64,000 bases of DNA from Lepidodermella squamata (GCA_047495785.1 JBLDXI010000036.1:620001-684000); one strand, 5' to 3'; counted from the stretch's first letter, positions 11,076-23,474 are shown. Program-made: numbers and translations. Notes: generated from the sequence alone by a model not told the origin.

Positions 11076-12439
11076 CATGTGAAGTAGGTAAGACGCCGCA
11101 CTAAGAGGTTTTCGGACACGAAAAACTGAAGTAAGACTAATAAGGGGCAAAGTTTATCGTTTCAAATTTAATGAGATGAATCATGTCATTATTTTCCACC
11201 CAAATATTTCTTGTGCTATTTCTGTGTAATTTCGAGCAGATGCTGCCATTTCATCAGCTGAATTCATCTTTAAAGAGGCATCTCCTCTTTGTAGCGTCTC
11301 GGAAACCGCGCCAAATCACTACTTTTTGCGATCTTTGAAACTTGGAGGGCTGTGATCGTACATAAATAAGATTTATAACAACATTATAATGACGTTATAG
11401 TGCGACACAGAAAAAAAATCTATCGTACACTTTTTATTGTTGGTGCTATATTATTGCCTATTCTGCCTATTCTGTTGCTTCAATTGCATTCTTTACTACA
11501 GTCATTATCACTAGTTTCAGCAGATCGTTTTCGATAAACCGGTAAATCGAATCACGAGTTTCAAAATATATGATAGATTGAGGGTTATCATTCAATTTCA
11601 TCGCACACCTGTTACCTTTTAACTGGTATCTAACAGCTTTCTTAGCAGAATAAGAAGCTATAGAAGCTGGCATTACCCCTGAGAAATATTTTTCTCCTTT
11701 GACAAATTCCACAATCATTCGATGACTTGAAATCTAGCTATTGCATCATTCGAAATGGCAGCTTTTACGAGGCACTTCAATATTATGCCAAATAAGGCGT
11801 GAGAGGGTAAATTTTTCAAGCTGGGGAAAACTCGTTTGTGATTAAAATCACAAAAGAAAGGCATCAGCATACAGGTAGTTTGTGACACGAAAAATGCGGC
11901 TATTGGCGGATTGAAAATCGAGTTAGCTTTTGGTAGTTTTTGTATCACGATTATTTTCTTGAGAAAAATGGTAAAAACTAGCTTTCCAGATTCAACAAAA
12001 GAATTGGAACATCGTCTTGAGGCCATTGGCTATGCAGACCGCGAGGGCAGCGTTTCACCTCTGCGCGCAATGTCAAAATTTATGAATGAAGGAAATGACC
12101 CAAATGACGTGAATAACGTAAGAGAATAGTAGAACTCAAACAGCAGCAAAAAATCACAGTATTTTTTTGCTTCACATAACACTTAGCGCGAGCGATTTAT
12201 ATTAGCGTTATAAGCAAAAAATAAATTTATAACAAATTTATTACTCTTTCGATCACAGCCCTCTTGAACTAATTAATTTCAAATTTTTATATTTTAATTA
12301 TTGAACAAATTCGAATTAAGCCCCGTCATATTATTTTTTTTAAGCTGCAAAATATTCTGAATATTGATGAGGAAAAAAGTGAACGCATCTTCTTGTCTGT
12401 CGGCGTGATCTAAGTGCGGCGTCCTATCTACGTCACATG
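11076..12439. mobile_element. Non-autonomous DNA transposon (TIR about CATGTGACGTAGATAGGACGCCGCACTTAG) carrying a nested element
   Basis: About 30-bp imperfect inverted termini. Internal sequence aligns with a shorter copy at 31177-31593. Confidence 0.7.
11345..12263. mobile_element. Nested TIR element (GAGGGCTGTGATCG...CGATCACAGCCCTC)
   Basis: 14-bp perfect TIR flanked by TTG on both sides; absent from the sister copy at 31.2-31.6 kb. Confidence 0.7.
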
Positions 12440-12919
12440 CTTAACTGAGGTCCCTGTCAAAACAAATCGGGACGCCTTAGGTGAGAAGATATAGATGGGG
12501 ATGGAGGGAAATAAGTTAGTAAATTATGACACATTAGGTAACCTGGCGGGTGCCGAACCCGGAAAAGCGTCGTTCTTATTCAATTAAATTCGATTATCGT
12601 GCTTTATACCTGCTCCAACATACATAATACATGTTTTATTTCTCACAATGGTAGTACGTGATTGGCGATGGCGTAAATTTCTTCTTTCAATTCCCCGCCC
12701 ATCACTAAATCAACCACCGCCTCGCAATCAGGAAAATGTAAAGACACAGTTTGGGTGAATTCTGATACCCCGCTAGACGCTGAATAACAACGTACAGGCT
12801 AAGTAATTAGGCTTCACGGTGTACAGCTACGCGTCAACAACGTGCGTCTGCATTACTGGGTCTAGAGTGCTTGATAAAATCGAAGGAAATTCGCTGACTC
12901 TCATCATTTCCTACTAATA

Positions 12920-15208
12920 ATGAAACTTACGTGTCCTCAATTCGCGGCAATTCTCGTCGTCTTCGTTGCACACTCAGTTCATGGGCAAAATACCAAGTTG
13001 GAGATATTTTTCGGCACAACGCCAATTCAAATTGCGGATGGTGCAGGTGACATTTGCCCGCATGTTCAAAAACTGCTGATCGATATGGTCAACAAACGGA
13101 ACGACATATTGCCCGGCTATGATTTAGTCGCCTACAACCAGGACGAAGGGCCAGGGGGTGCTCTGCTAACCCGGCGGGTGATAGAATTCTACAGGAAACC
13201 CCTAGCTAATAATTCAGCAAAATCGCCCTTTGTTTTCGCTGGTGGCTACACTACTGGATGCAAATCTCTAGCCCAAATTGCTCACCATTCAAATTTGGTC
13301 GCTGTTTCCGCCGTTTGTTTATCACCCATTTTCACGGCAAATCGGGCAATTTATCCGAATTTCTTTCGATCTCGCTTATCGGGAGAGGCTGTAGCCCTGC
13401 CTAGGCTCTACTTTATCAAAACGCTCGGTGGCTGGCGGAAGATAGCAATACTAGCGAACGCCGGCACTTCGATTTTCAATTTTCACGTTGCATCCTACTT
13501 TTACGATTTGGCCGTCAAAAATGACTTGGAAGTTGCTCGCTACGATGCTGCTTTCGATGTGAACGACGAAATGTTATGGGGCTTGAAGCATTCAGGCGCA
13601 AGGGTGATAGTATTTGAAATTTCTGATTTTCCAAACGCCATGCTTTTTCTATGCAAATGCTTCAGTATCGGCTTGACTGGACCTCGCTACGTTTTCATTA
13701 TGGCAGCTAACACCTTTTGGGATCTAAGTACAAGACCCGACTCTATCGCCCCGAGTTGTACCAAGGCCATTATCGTTCAGCAGTATAAATCTACAGTTTT
13801 CATCGGATCTATATGGACGAGCTTTGGCGTTGAAAACACGGGTGAAACCAGTCTAGGATATAACAGTAAGCAGTTTGATGAAATGCTGGACAGAGTGGTT
13901 CCATACGCGAGGAACTTTTCCGCCTACGGAAAGCATTACATTTGCCATGATCAGTACCTTCAAGCTATCCTAACGCTAGATGGGGCTGAGAAGATTCTTA
14001 ACATGAAAAATATGTCGCTAAAAGATTACGACAATAATCCGAAGATTGTGATGGAAGCCGCGAATAAGAGTGCTGCAACTATCAGGTTCGTCGGCTTTAG
14101 GCAAGGCGTTATCGAGTATTCCAGTAGGCTGGAACAGGATTCGGAGCCTCAGTACATCTTTCAGTGGATACCAGAGGAAAATAGAGCACGGATTAGTTAC
14201 GAAATCACTTTGCCGCAGAACAAAACAAACGTGAGTGATGTCTCAAGCTATGTTGTTCGCAGTTTCGAACCTTATGTCTGGTCCACGGATAATGAACAGC
14301 CACCAGCTGATTGGCCTGGCGAGGAAGTTGAGATAATCCACGTCCCAGAGGCTTTTCTCATATTTGCCTGCGTCTTCAGCGGGGTAACAACCATCGCCCA
14401 AGTGCTGGCTTCAATCTCAAAGTTGGAAATTGATAGGATTATCTTCACCCTGGCTTGCATCTTACTCAACGCAGCTTCCATCCTCTTCGCTCTGAATGTA
14501 CATTCTGCAGCTCTTTGTAGCGTTAAATATATTTTCCTTGTTATTGGAGCAACCGTCATTCATTTGGTTCTTTATCGCAAACTGGCATTTTACGTGACCT
14601 TGAAGCGCCGTGTCACTATTTTGTCCTATAATAATTCGAGCAACTCAGCATATCCTAGGCTACGAGCTGAAACTGGAATTACGAAAAATGATTCTAATCG
14701 GGTGCAATTATTGTTCGCCAATGTTGCACCCATCCTACTCCTCATCATTAGCGTGTCTTCATTAGCTGCGTGGCTCCTCACTAATTCCATGCAATCACGT
14801 ATGAAGAACGTCCACAGTGAGTACGTTGCAGAACGTGACATCTTTCGCCACGTCTACATGGAAATTTGCGAGGCAAGTGGAGATGATGACCTGAAATTCT
14901 TGATGACGCTAGTCGTGGTCGACTTAATTCCTGCGGGCGCCGCAGTTCTCTTGTCTATAGCCATAGCAAAGATCGAAGTGCCGGAAATCAAGCGTTACCG
15001 CATGGCCTGTCTTATCAACTTGCCCTTAGTCATCGCAGCGATTTTCATCATTTTAGTGTCAACAAATTCACACGTAAACCAGCAAATCGTCGCATCAATC
15101 GCATGTTTGAGTATATCGGGTCTGACCAGTGTTTTTGTACTGTTCTCAGAAAGATCTGTTGCGATTGTTCGTCAATTAATTTCATTTATAAAGGTGACTT
15201 GTAATTGA
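12920..15208 (+). CDS. GABA-B-like class C GPCR, copy 2 (intact, intronless, 762 aa)
   Basis: Full-length paralog of copy 1 with the same domain layout; AATAAA at ~15231. Confidence 0.92.
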   Translation: MKLTCPQFAAILVVFVAHSVHGQNTKLEIFFGTTPIQIADGAGDICPHVQKLLIDMVNKRNDILPGYDLVAYNQDEGPGGALLTRRVIEFYRKPLANNSAKSPFVFAGGYTTGCKSLAQIAHHSNLVAVSAVCLSPIFTANRAIYPNFFRSRLSGEAVALPRLYFIKTLGGWRKIAILANAGTSIFNFHVASYFYDLAVKNDLEVARYDAAFDVNDEMLWGLKHSGARVIVFEISDFPNAMLFLCKCFSIGLTGPRYVFIMAANTFWDLSTRPDSIAPSCTKAIIVQQYKSTVFIGSIWTSFGVENTGETSLGYNSKQFDEMLDRVVPYARNFSAYGKHYICHDQYLQAILTLDGAEKILNMKNMSLKDYDNNPKIVMEAANKSAATIRFVGFRQGVIEYSSRLEQDSEPQYIFQWIPEENRARISYEITLPQNKTNVSDVSSYVVRSFEPYVWSTDNEQPPADWPGEEVEIIHVPEAFLIFACVFSGVTTIAQVLASISKLEIDRIIFTLACILLNAASILFALNVHSAALCSVKYIFLVIGATVIHLVLYRKLAFYVTLKRRVTILSYNNSSNSAYPRLRAETGITKNDSNRVQLLFANVAPILLLIISVSSLAAWLLTNSMQSRMKNVHSEYVAERDIFRHVYMEICEASGDDDLKFLMTLVVVDLIPAGAAVLLSIAIAKIEVPEIKRYRMACLINLPLVIAAIFIILVSTNSHVNQQIVASIACLSISGLTSVFVLFSERSVAIVRQLISFIKVTCN

Positions 15209-15447
15209 ACACCAAAAATTGAATTATGTAAATAAAATGAACACTTTCATCAGAAAAACTGGCTAGTCAGCTGGGACCCCCTAACACCTCATAAATTAAG
15301 GCATAAACTAAGCTCGAAATGCTTTGTTTGACAACTCTGCCTTTTTCCAGCTAGCCAGAATCGCCTAATTTTCAAAAATAAAAAACTGTAAATAATTATA
15401 CAAAACTTTGTGTTTTTATTCAGCATTTCAATAGGGGTTTCAAGTTT

Positions 15448-16194
15448 TTAATCCCAATCATCATTTGGGTTATCATCAGCCGCACTTGGGCTTTCAACGT
15501 AAACGATTTTATAATTGCTTCTAAATAGGCGAATCGCATGTTCAATATTTGAAGGTTGCTGGTACAAGTTAGCCGAAGCTCCCAAATGCCAATTTCGCTG
15601 GTTTGGGTTGTTCGCGATGTCGATGCGGTCCTCGCGTATAGTGATGACCTTGTTAAAGTTAGGATCGCCCGGTTGTACGTAGACAAATTCGCATTTTTCA
15701 ACCTTTAGATCGTTGAGTTCACCGCCTTTTGATATAGCTACAAAATGGCGCGTTGTTCTGAGAGACCTAGACCATGGGAACAATAAGGATAAAATGAAAG
15801 TCCGAATCCATGAGGCGGGAAAAATCAGTCTCGAATTTTCTCAATTTTTCTCGAATTTTTTGGAATTTTTCTTAATTTGATATTTAATGTTGGACCTGAA
15901 TTTTGTTTGAAGTCGTCTAGCGATAGCTTCACGGGGTGCGAGAATAACCGGTCTATCGGCGTTGTAAAATTCAAGACTTTTATCGCCCTTCAAATCGCCG
16001 AATTGCAGCTGAACCGGGGAGGCTGTTAGATTTTCGAAAACAACGTGATACACGTCGTTGAATTGTTTAACAGCTCGAGTTATCGGATCTTGGTTGACCA
16101 TAGCTAGGGTTGTTGAGCCAACGTAACCCGCCGCTGAGAAAACTAGGGCACTCAAAAATTTGGAGTGGCTTTTTATATACTCGAATATCGTCAT
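15448..16194 (-). CDS. Orphan 205-aa protein with an N-terminal hydrophobic segment (2 exons)
   Basis: Exons 16194-15896 and 15766-15448 join over a GT-AG intron (15895-15767) to 618 nt in frame (TKF-R-SLRTT). AATAAA at 15420-15415. Confidence 0.65.
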
Positions 16195-16499
16195 ATTTTA
16201 GATACGGAAATTAGGCTGCTATCAATGCAGACTGTTAATATTATGGATATCAACGGCCTACTTTTTGCTTACTTGGTATATCCTATGTATAACCACGCTC
16301 AGAGCTCATCCATTCACCTGTCAAAAGAGCGGGGTTTCTTTTTGCCTTACAGCATGAAAGACTCAATGGCTGGTTTAGCAAATAGGTATATAATCCAAAT
16401 GCTGCTCGTTATCCTTGCAGATGTATCAATCAGACAATTATTAAACAATATCAAATTAATGCCTGAAAAAAACTTGTAACTGCAACTGGCAACCGGAAC

Positions 16500-16664
16500 C
16501 AGTGTGCGAAATAGGATCCGGGAACTGAGGTGTTTTCTCGGTTTCTTCGACACCTAGCCGAAGAAACCAAAGGGTCCCCCCTGTGGTTTTTCAGCATTCT
16601 TCTGGTTGGAGTCCCGGAGCTGGGGTGTCGCAAAAACCCCAGCACCCCTGTACTTCGCACCCTG
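16500..16664. mobile_element. hAT-type MITE
   Basis: TIR CAGTGTGCGAA / TTCGCACCCTG with 8-bp TSD ACCGGAAC; same family at 53351-53459. Confidence 0.85.
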
Positions 16665-17341
16665 ACCGGAACAGATTGTATAAATTTGTTCGGAAAATAG
16701 CATCGAAATCCCCGAAGTACTCGCATCTTTCCGCCGCGCGAAAAAACTTCCATGCTTCATTTTCGAGATTTTAGTCGGTGTTTAGGCCAAAATACAGTTG
16801 TTGCTTATCTCTGTCGAATATTGTTCAAAATTTTAAAGGGAGGAAACAAGCACTTCAAAGCGCCTTTGGTGTTTGTGTGTGTGTGTGAGCTATTTGACCT
16901 CAGATGGCGAAGAACATCCCTTGAACTCCTTTGAAATAATTCGAGCGAGAGCTCAATCGAGGGAGGAATGCGAGTACTTCGTTTAAGTCCAAAAACCAAC
17001 AAAATTTAAGAAAGTTCACCTTTGAAGAAATATGAGTAACTTCCCAGCGGTTATCAATTTTTAAATGACCAGAGCTTCAACATGGTTTGAGATAGCGGTC
17101 TGTATGTTTTAAATTCGTGTAGCCAACATCGAAAAGTAATGTTGCTCAAAAGGGCTCAAAAATCGCCTACCCCGCCTTGAAAAGCTTTATAAGATTATTA
17201 TATCATTGCATTGAGCATCAATATCGATGGGAAGGAGTTAAATCTGTTATCGGATTATTATCTACTATGTATGATTTATGATTCAGGTAAGAACCCACAA
17301 AACACCAGACAGGACAGGTTGGTAGTTTTATTAGCATCGCT

Positions 17342-19895
17342 TTAATTATGCGCAATCAAACGTCGGAACATGACTTCAGCTTTATCAGAGAATAACACGA
17401 AAACACTGGTCAGGCCCGAAACGGTCATACATGCGACTGATGCAACGATTTGCTGAGTTACAAGGGAATTTGTAGACACTACAATGATGAAAATCGCCCC
17501 GATGACCAGGGGCAGGTTGATGACGGAGGCCATTCGACAGCGCTTGATATCCGGCTCTTGAACTTTGGCAATGGGTATGGATAGGAGTACAGCAGCGCCT
17601 GCAGGAATTAGATCGACAGCCGCTAACGCCATCATGAACTTCACATTATCAACATCACTTGCTTCGCATAATTCAACGTAAAAATGGCGTAAAATGTCAC
17701 GTTCTGCATCGTAATTGCTACGGACGTTGGTGAGACGTGATTCCATAGGATTTTCAATTAGCCACGTAGCTAATAATGACACGCTGATAATTAGAAGAAG
17801 GATTGGCGCAAAATAAGCGAACAGTAATTGCAACCGCCTAGAGCCTTTTTTCTTCACCACTTTTTCAGCTTGGAACCTTGGAAATACTGAGAAGCTCGAA
17901 TTGTTATGCGGCAAAACAGTCGTACGCTTGTTCGAAAAGACGTAAAAAGCCAACTTTCGGTAAAGAATCAAATGAACCACGATTGCTCCGATAACGAGGG
18001 AACTATATTTCAGATTACAAGCCCTTGCTGAATGAACATTCAGAGCGAAAACGATAGAGGCCGTGTTGAGTAACGTGCAAGCCAAGGTAAAAATGATCCT
18101 ATCGATTTCAAACTTCAAGATACAAGCCAGCATTTGGGCGAGGGTTGTTACCCCGCTGAAGACGCAAGCAAATATTAGAAAGCCATTTGGTACGTGGGTT
18201 AGTTCAATTTCCTCGCCTGGCCAATCAGCTGGGGGCTGCTTAGTCTCCGTGTACCAGACGTAAGGCTCGAAACCTCGAACAACGTAGCTCGAGACATCAC
18301 TCACGTTTGTTTTGTTCTGAGGTAGAGTGATTTCGTAGCTGATACGGGCTCTATTTTCCTCTGGTATCCACTGGAAAATGTACTGAGGCTCCGAGTCCTG
18401 TTCCAGCCTACTGGAATACCCGATAACGCCCTGTCGGAACCCGACGAACCTAACAGAGGCAGTACTTTTATTCGCGGCTTCCATTACTGTTTTCGGATAA
18501 TTGTCGTAATCTTTGAGAGACAGATTCTTCATGTTAAGGATCTTCTCGGCCCCATCTAGAGTCAGTATGGCTTGAAGATATTGATCGTGGCAGAGGTAAC
18601 GCTTGCCAAAGTTGGACAGGTTTCTCGCATAGGGAACTGTCCTATCAAGCATCGCATCGAACTGCTTTATATCATAGCTTAGACTGGTTTGACCCGTGTT
18701 TTCAACGCCAAAGGTTGAACCTAATGATCCGATGAAAACTGTAGATTTATACTGTTGCTGTACAATGGCCTTGGTACATCCCTGATCAATAACGTCAGGA
18801 CTTGTACTTATATCCCCAAAGGCGCTACCACCCATGATGAAAACGTATCGCGATCCAGTTAAGCCGAAGCTGTAGCCTTTGCAAAGAAAAAGCATAGCAG
18901 TAGACGGATCGGAAATTTCAAATACTATCACCCTTGCGCCTGAATTCTTTAAGCCCAATATCAAATCATCATTCAAGTCGAAAGCTGCATCGTAATGAAC
19001 AACTTCTATGCCGTTTCTTTGCCTGTTGCTGTACAATGGCCTTGGTACATCCCGGACCGATAACGTCGGGTCTTGTACTTCCTTGTATTTGATCCTCATA
19101 GGCGTTACCAGGCATTATGAAAACGTACCGAGGCCCAGTCAAGCCGAAACTGAAGCATTTACAGAGAAACAGCATAGCACCAGTTGAATCAAAAATTTCA
19201 TAGACAATCACCCTTGCACCTGAATGCTTCAATCCCCATATCAAGTCGTCATTCAATTCGAAAGTAGCATCGTAATGTACAACTTCCACGCCATTTTTAA
19301 CTGCCAGATCATAGAAGTGGGATGCAACGTGAAAATTGACAATCGTAGAACCGGCATTCGCCAGTATCGCAATCTTTTGCCACATACCGAGCTTTTTGAT
19401 GAAGTTAAGCCTCGGGATGGCTAATGACTCGCCGGACGGTCGGATACGGTAGAAATTAGGAAACAATACCCGATTAGCGGTGAAGGTCGGAGATAGACAA
19501 ACTGGGGCGATAGCAACCAAATTCGAATGATGGGCAATTTGAGCCAGTGATTTACATCCAGCAGTGTAGCCTCCTGCGCAGACAACGGGCGATTTTATTG
19601 AATTGTTAGCGGGCGGTTTTCTGTAGAATTCTATGACGCGCCGGGTTAGGAAAACACTTCCTGGTCCTTCGTCCTGGTTGAAGGCGACCAACTCGTAGCC
19701 GGGCAATATGTCGTTTCGCTTGTTGACCATGTTGAACATCAGCTTTTGAACATGAGGGCAAACGTCACTAGCAGGGTCGAGAGATTGAATTATCGTGGTG
19801 CCGAAAAACATCTCCAACCTGGTGTTTTGCCCATAAACTGAATGCGCAATGAAAAGGGCTATAATCGCCGAAAATTGATAAATCGATGGTTTCAT
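17342..19895 (-). pseudogene. GABA-B-like GPCR copy 3, chimeric with a 271-nt internal duplication and frameshift (intact 760 aa if 19022-18752 is spliced out)
   Basis: The N-terminal ORF reaches KAIVQQQ at 19023. The sequence then restarts out of frame at KNGIEVV from a different paralog type. Confidence 0.8.
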
Positions 19896-20997
19896 TATGC
19901 AAGAGTATGAAATGCGGATTATCTGAAACGCGCTCTTGATTTTATAGGGCAACCTCAAAATCCTACGTATTCATACCCTAACTGGTGTCGCATTACTGAA
20001 TGCCGGCAAAGCTAATTAATGAGGATTAATTAACTTACTGTCCGGGGTTCTCCCGGGGTATCACAATCCGTTCTTTTGCATGTTTACCGCAGGAGGGTAA
20101 TCAAGCTCAGGACTGAGAATGCTCAGAGAACATGCTACACCATCGTCTCGCGAGCGAATAATTGGCGCTCTCTTATCCTCAGATCGATGTCCCCAAATTT
20201 TTGAGAGCAGCAAAATTAGTGATAGTCCATAAAGAAATTCCTTTTGGGAACATTATGACGTCATATTTTTATATCTCAAGAATTATCTTGGTTTCACCTC
20301 GGTGGAAAAGGAGAAAGACCATAATACAAAGACCGCGGTAGCAGTCTATTAGGTATTAGGTATTAGGTCTCGTATTGGGCTTTGGCTATTAATCTGCTCA
20401 ATTTTTTATCGGTCGAAATTTGCTGCTTTAGTCATGCTGTCAGAAATGATTAGCCTGACTTTAGCCTCAAAGGAACAACTATCCTAATAATTAGGAATTA
20501 TGCCCACATCTTGCATTTTTCATTTCGCCGATTTAAGTATTCCCCTGATTTCGTTGAAAGTCATTTGATAAATTGACGAGAATCTAAATAAGACTATTAT
20601 TAATTATCAAGTTCAAGGTTCGTGTTGTTGTTCGATTTTAAATCACGCTCAAAAGGCCCGGACTTTGATTTCCGATATTAGGTTCATGACGTAACGTGTC
20701 GCTTAAAGACTTTAGATTTCACTATAAGGCTGTCATTTCAGCAATCAAAGAAGCTTTTGGAAAAATTGATATTCTTGAGCTTCGAAATTCTAGGATAAGG
20801 TTCAATGAAAACGGATCTTTCAACAGTATGCTGGTTAACATCAACTACTGGACGCCTAACGAAGGGTTTCGCAAGATCATCGCGATTGACTCTCTATTAG
20901 AAAGTTGGGTCAACAAATTCCGTGGCTTACTAGTAACGGTAGCCCTCCGTACTAGATACTTCCTACGATCCCCTTGGAGGCTGAAATATCGGTTCAA

Positions 20998-22171
20998 GTT
21001 CTGGTGCAAGAGTGATAGTATACGAGATTTCAGATTTCGTGGGTTCTATGCTGTTTCTATGCAGATGTTTTAGGTACGGTTTGACTGGACCTCGGTATGT
21101 TTTCATTTTGGCTGCGCTTAGCTATGGAAATGTAAGTAAACAATCCGACGTTATCGCCCCGGGTTGCACCAAGGCCATTGTGCTGCAACAGTATAAATCT
21201 ACTATTTCGATCGGATCAATATGGTCAAGTTTTGGCGTCGAAAATACAGGGAAAACCAGTCTAGGCTATGACACCAAGCAGTTTGACGAAATGCTTGAAA
21301 AAGCTGTCCCCGATGCGAGGAACATGTCCGGCTACGGAAGGCGATACCTGTGTCATGATCAGTACCTTCAAGCCATACTAACGCTAGACGGAGCTGAGAA
21401 GATCCTTAAAATGAAAAATATGTCTCTAAAAGATTACGACAACCATCCCAAGATAGTCATGGACGCTGCGAATAAAAGTGCGGCTGCTATCAAGCTCATT
21501 GGCTTTAGGCAGGGCGTTATCGAGTATTCGCCTAGGCTTGAACAAGACTCGGAGCCTCAGTACATCTTCCAGTGGATACCAGAGGAGAATAGAGCACGGA
21601 TAAATTACGAAATCACTCTACCATCGAATAACACAAACGTGAACGATATTTCAAGTTATGTTATCCGCAGCTTCGAACCTTACGTCTGGAGCACAGAGAC
21701 TAAGCAGCCCCCAGCTGATTGGCCAGGCGAGGAAATCGACGTAATCCACGTCCCAAATGAATTTCTCATCTTTGCATGCGTCTTCAGTGGAATAGCAAGC
21801 CTCGGCCAACTGCTGGCTTTGTTCTTGAAGTTGAAAATCGATAGGATACTCTTCACCATAGCTTGCTTGTTGCTCAATGCAGCTTCAATCCTGTTCGTCC
21901 TCAATGTTCATTCTGCAGTGGTTTGTAATTTGAAGTCTATTTTCCTTGCTATCGGAGCAACCGTCGTTCATTTGATTCTTTATCGAAAGCTGGCTCTGTT
22001 CGTGACTTCAAGGCGACGCGTCACATTTTTGCTCTGCATTTATGAGAACAACGCAGTAATCCCTAGGTTTCCAGCTGAATTAAAAAGGTTGATTACGAGA
22101 GGTTCTAATAGGTTGAAAATCCTCCTAGCTAATGTTGCGCCCATCCTTGTCCTTGTCATCAGCCTGTCATC
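20998..22171 (+). pseudogene. Inverted internal GPCR fragment (SGARVIV to TM4); no start, no 3' end
   Basis: ORF 21012-22202 begins mid-VFT and ends in microsatellite-derived YRYRYRYRW. Confidence 0.85.
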
Positions 22172-22822
22172 ATACAGATATAGATATAGATATAGATGGT
22201 AGAGTGATTTCGTAATTTATCCGTGCTCTATTCTCCTCTGGTATCCACTGGAAGATGTACTGAGGCTCCGAGTCTTGTTCAAGCCTAGGCGAATACTCGA
22301 TAACGCCCTGCCTAAAGCCAATGAGCTTGATAGCAGCCGCACTTTTATTCGCAGCGTCCATGACTATCTTGGGATGGTTGTCGTAATCTTTGAGAGATAG
22401 ATTGGTCATCTTAAGAATCTTCTCAGCCCCGTCCAGCGTTAGAATAGCCTGAAGGTACTGATCATGACACAGGTATCGCCTTCCGTAGCCGGACATGTTC
22501 CTCGCATCGGGGACAGCTTTTTCAAGCATTTCGTCAAACTGCTTGGTGTCATAGCCTAGACTGGTTTTCCCTGTATTTTCGACGCCAAAACTTGACCATA
22601 TTGATCCGATCGAAATAGTAGATTTATACTGTTGCAGCACAATGGCCTTGGTGCAACCCGGGGCGATAACGTCGGATTGTTTACTTACATTTCCATAGCT
22701 AAGCGCAGCCAAAATGAAAACATACCGAGGTCCAGTCAAACCGTACCTAAAACATCTGCATAGAAACAGCATAGAACCCACGAAATCTGAAATCTCGTAT
22801 ACTATCACTCTTGCACCAGAAC
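20998..22822. repeat. 628-bp inverted repeat (20998-21625 / 22195-22822) with a 569-bp spacer and (ATATAG)n filler
   Basis: The arms read as reverse complements apart from one ~60-bp divergent patch; filler catacagatatagatatagatata at 22171-22194. Confidence 0.9.
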
Positions 22823-23474
22823 GTTTCAATCCGAACAAAAAGTCGTCGTTCAGGTCAAAAGTAGCATCATAATGCACAACTTCGATGCCATTCGTGACGG
22901 CCAGATCGTAGAAGTAGGATGCAACGTAAAAGTTGAGAATTGTAGAGCCGGCGTTTGCTAATATCGCAATTTTTCGCCACCCACCAAGGTTTTTGATGAA
23001 ATTAAGCCTAGGCAGGGCTAGCGCCTCTCCGGATAAACGGGTGCGATAGAAATTCGGATACATTGCCCGGTTTGCGGTGAACGAGGGGGATAGACAAACG
23101 GGTGAAACGGCTACCAGATTTGTGTGGTGAAGAATTTGCGCCAGAGGTTTGCATCCAGCAGTGTAGCCTCCTGCGAAAACAACGGGCGACTTTACTGAAT
23201 TGTTAGCTGGCGGTTTCCTGTAGAACTCTATCACCCGCCGGGTTAGCAGAAAACTTCCTGGTCCTTCATCCTGGTTAAAGGCGACCAACTCATAACCTGG
23301 CAAGATGTCATTCCGTTTGTTGACTGTTTCGATCAGTAGATTTTGAACATGTGGACAAATGTCCCCGGCAGTATCGATAACTTGAATTGGCGTGGTGCCA
23401 AAAAACATCTCCAATTTAGTAGTTTCGCCTTGAACTGAATATAACAGGAATAATGTCAAAAATGTTGATTTCAT
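22170..23474 (-). CDS. GPCR copy 4 truncated by the inversion: signal peptide plus VFT only (434 aa); possible secreted ectodomain or pseudogene
   Basis: MKSTFLTLFLLYSVQG start with intact promoter motifs. The ORF ends ITLPSISISISV* in the filler, before any TM segment. Confidence 0.6.
   Translation of the reverse strand: MKSTFLTLFLLYSVQGETTKLEMFFGTTPIQVIDTAGDICPHVQNLLIETVNKRNDILPGYELVAFNQDEGPGSFLLTRRVIEFYRKPPANNSVKSPVVFAGGYTAGCKPLAQILHHTNLVAVSPVCLSPSFTANRAMYPNFYRTRLSGEALALPRLNFIKNLGGWRKIAILANAGSTILNFYVASYFYDLAVTNGIEVVHYDATFDLNDDFLFGLKRSGARVIVYEISDFVGSMLFLCRCFRYGLTGPRYVFILAALSYGNVSKQSDVIAPGCTKAIVLQQYKSTISIGSIWSSFGVENTGKTSLGYDTKQFDEMLEKAVPDARNMSGYGRRYLCHDQYLQAILTLDGAEKILKMTNLSLKDYDNHPKIVMDAANKSAAAIKLIGFRQGVIEYSPRLEQDSEPQYIFQWIPEENRARINYEITLPSISISISV

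Noticed and set aside
20347-20368. (TATTAGG)3 as a telomeric repeat
   Set aside because: Only three internal units; an ordinary microsatellite.
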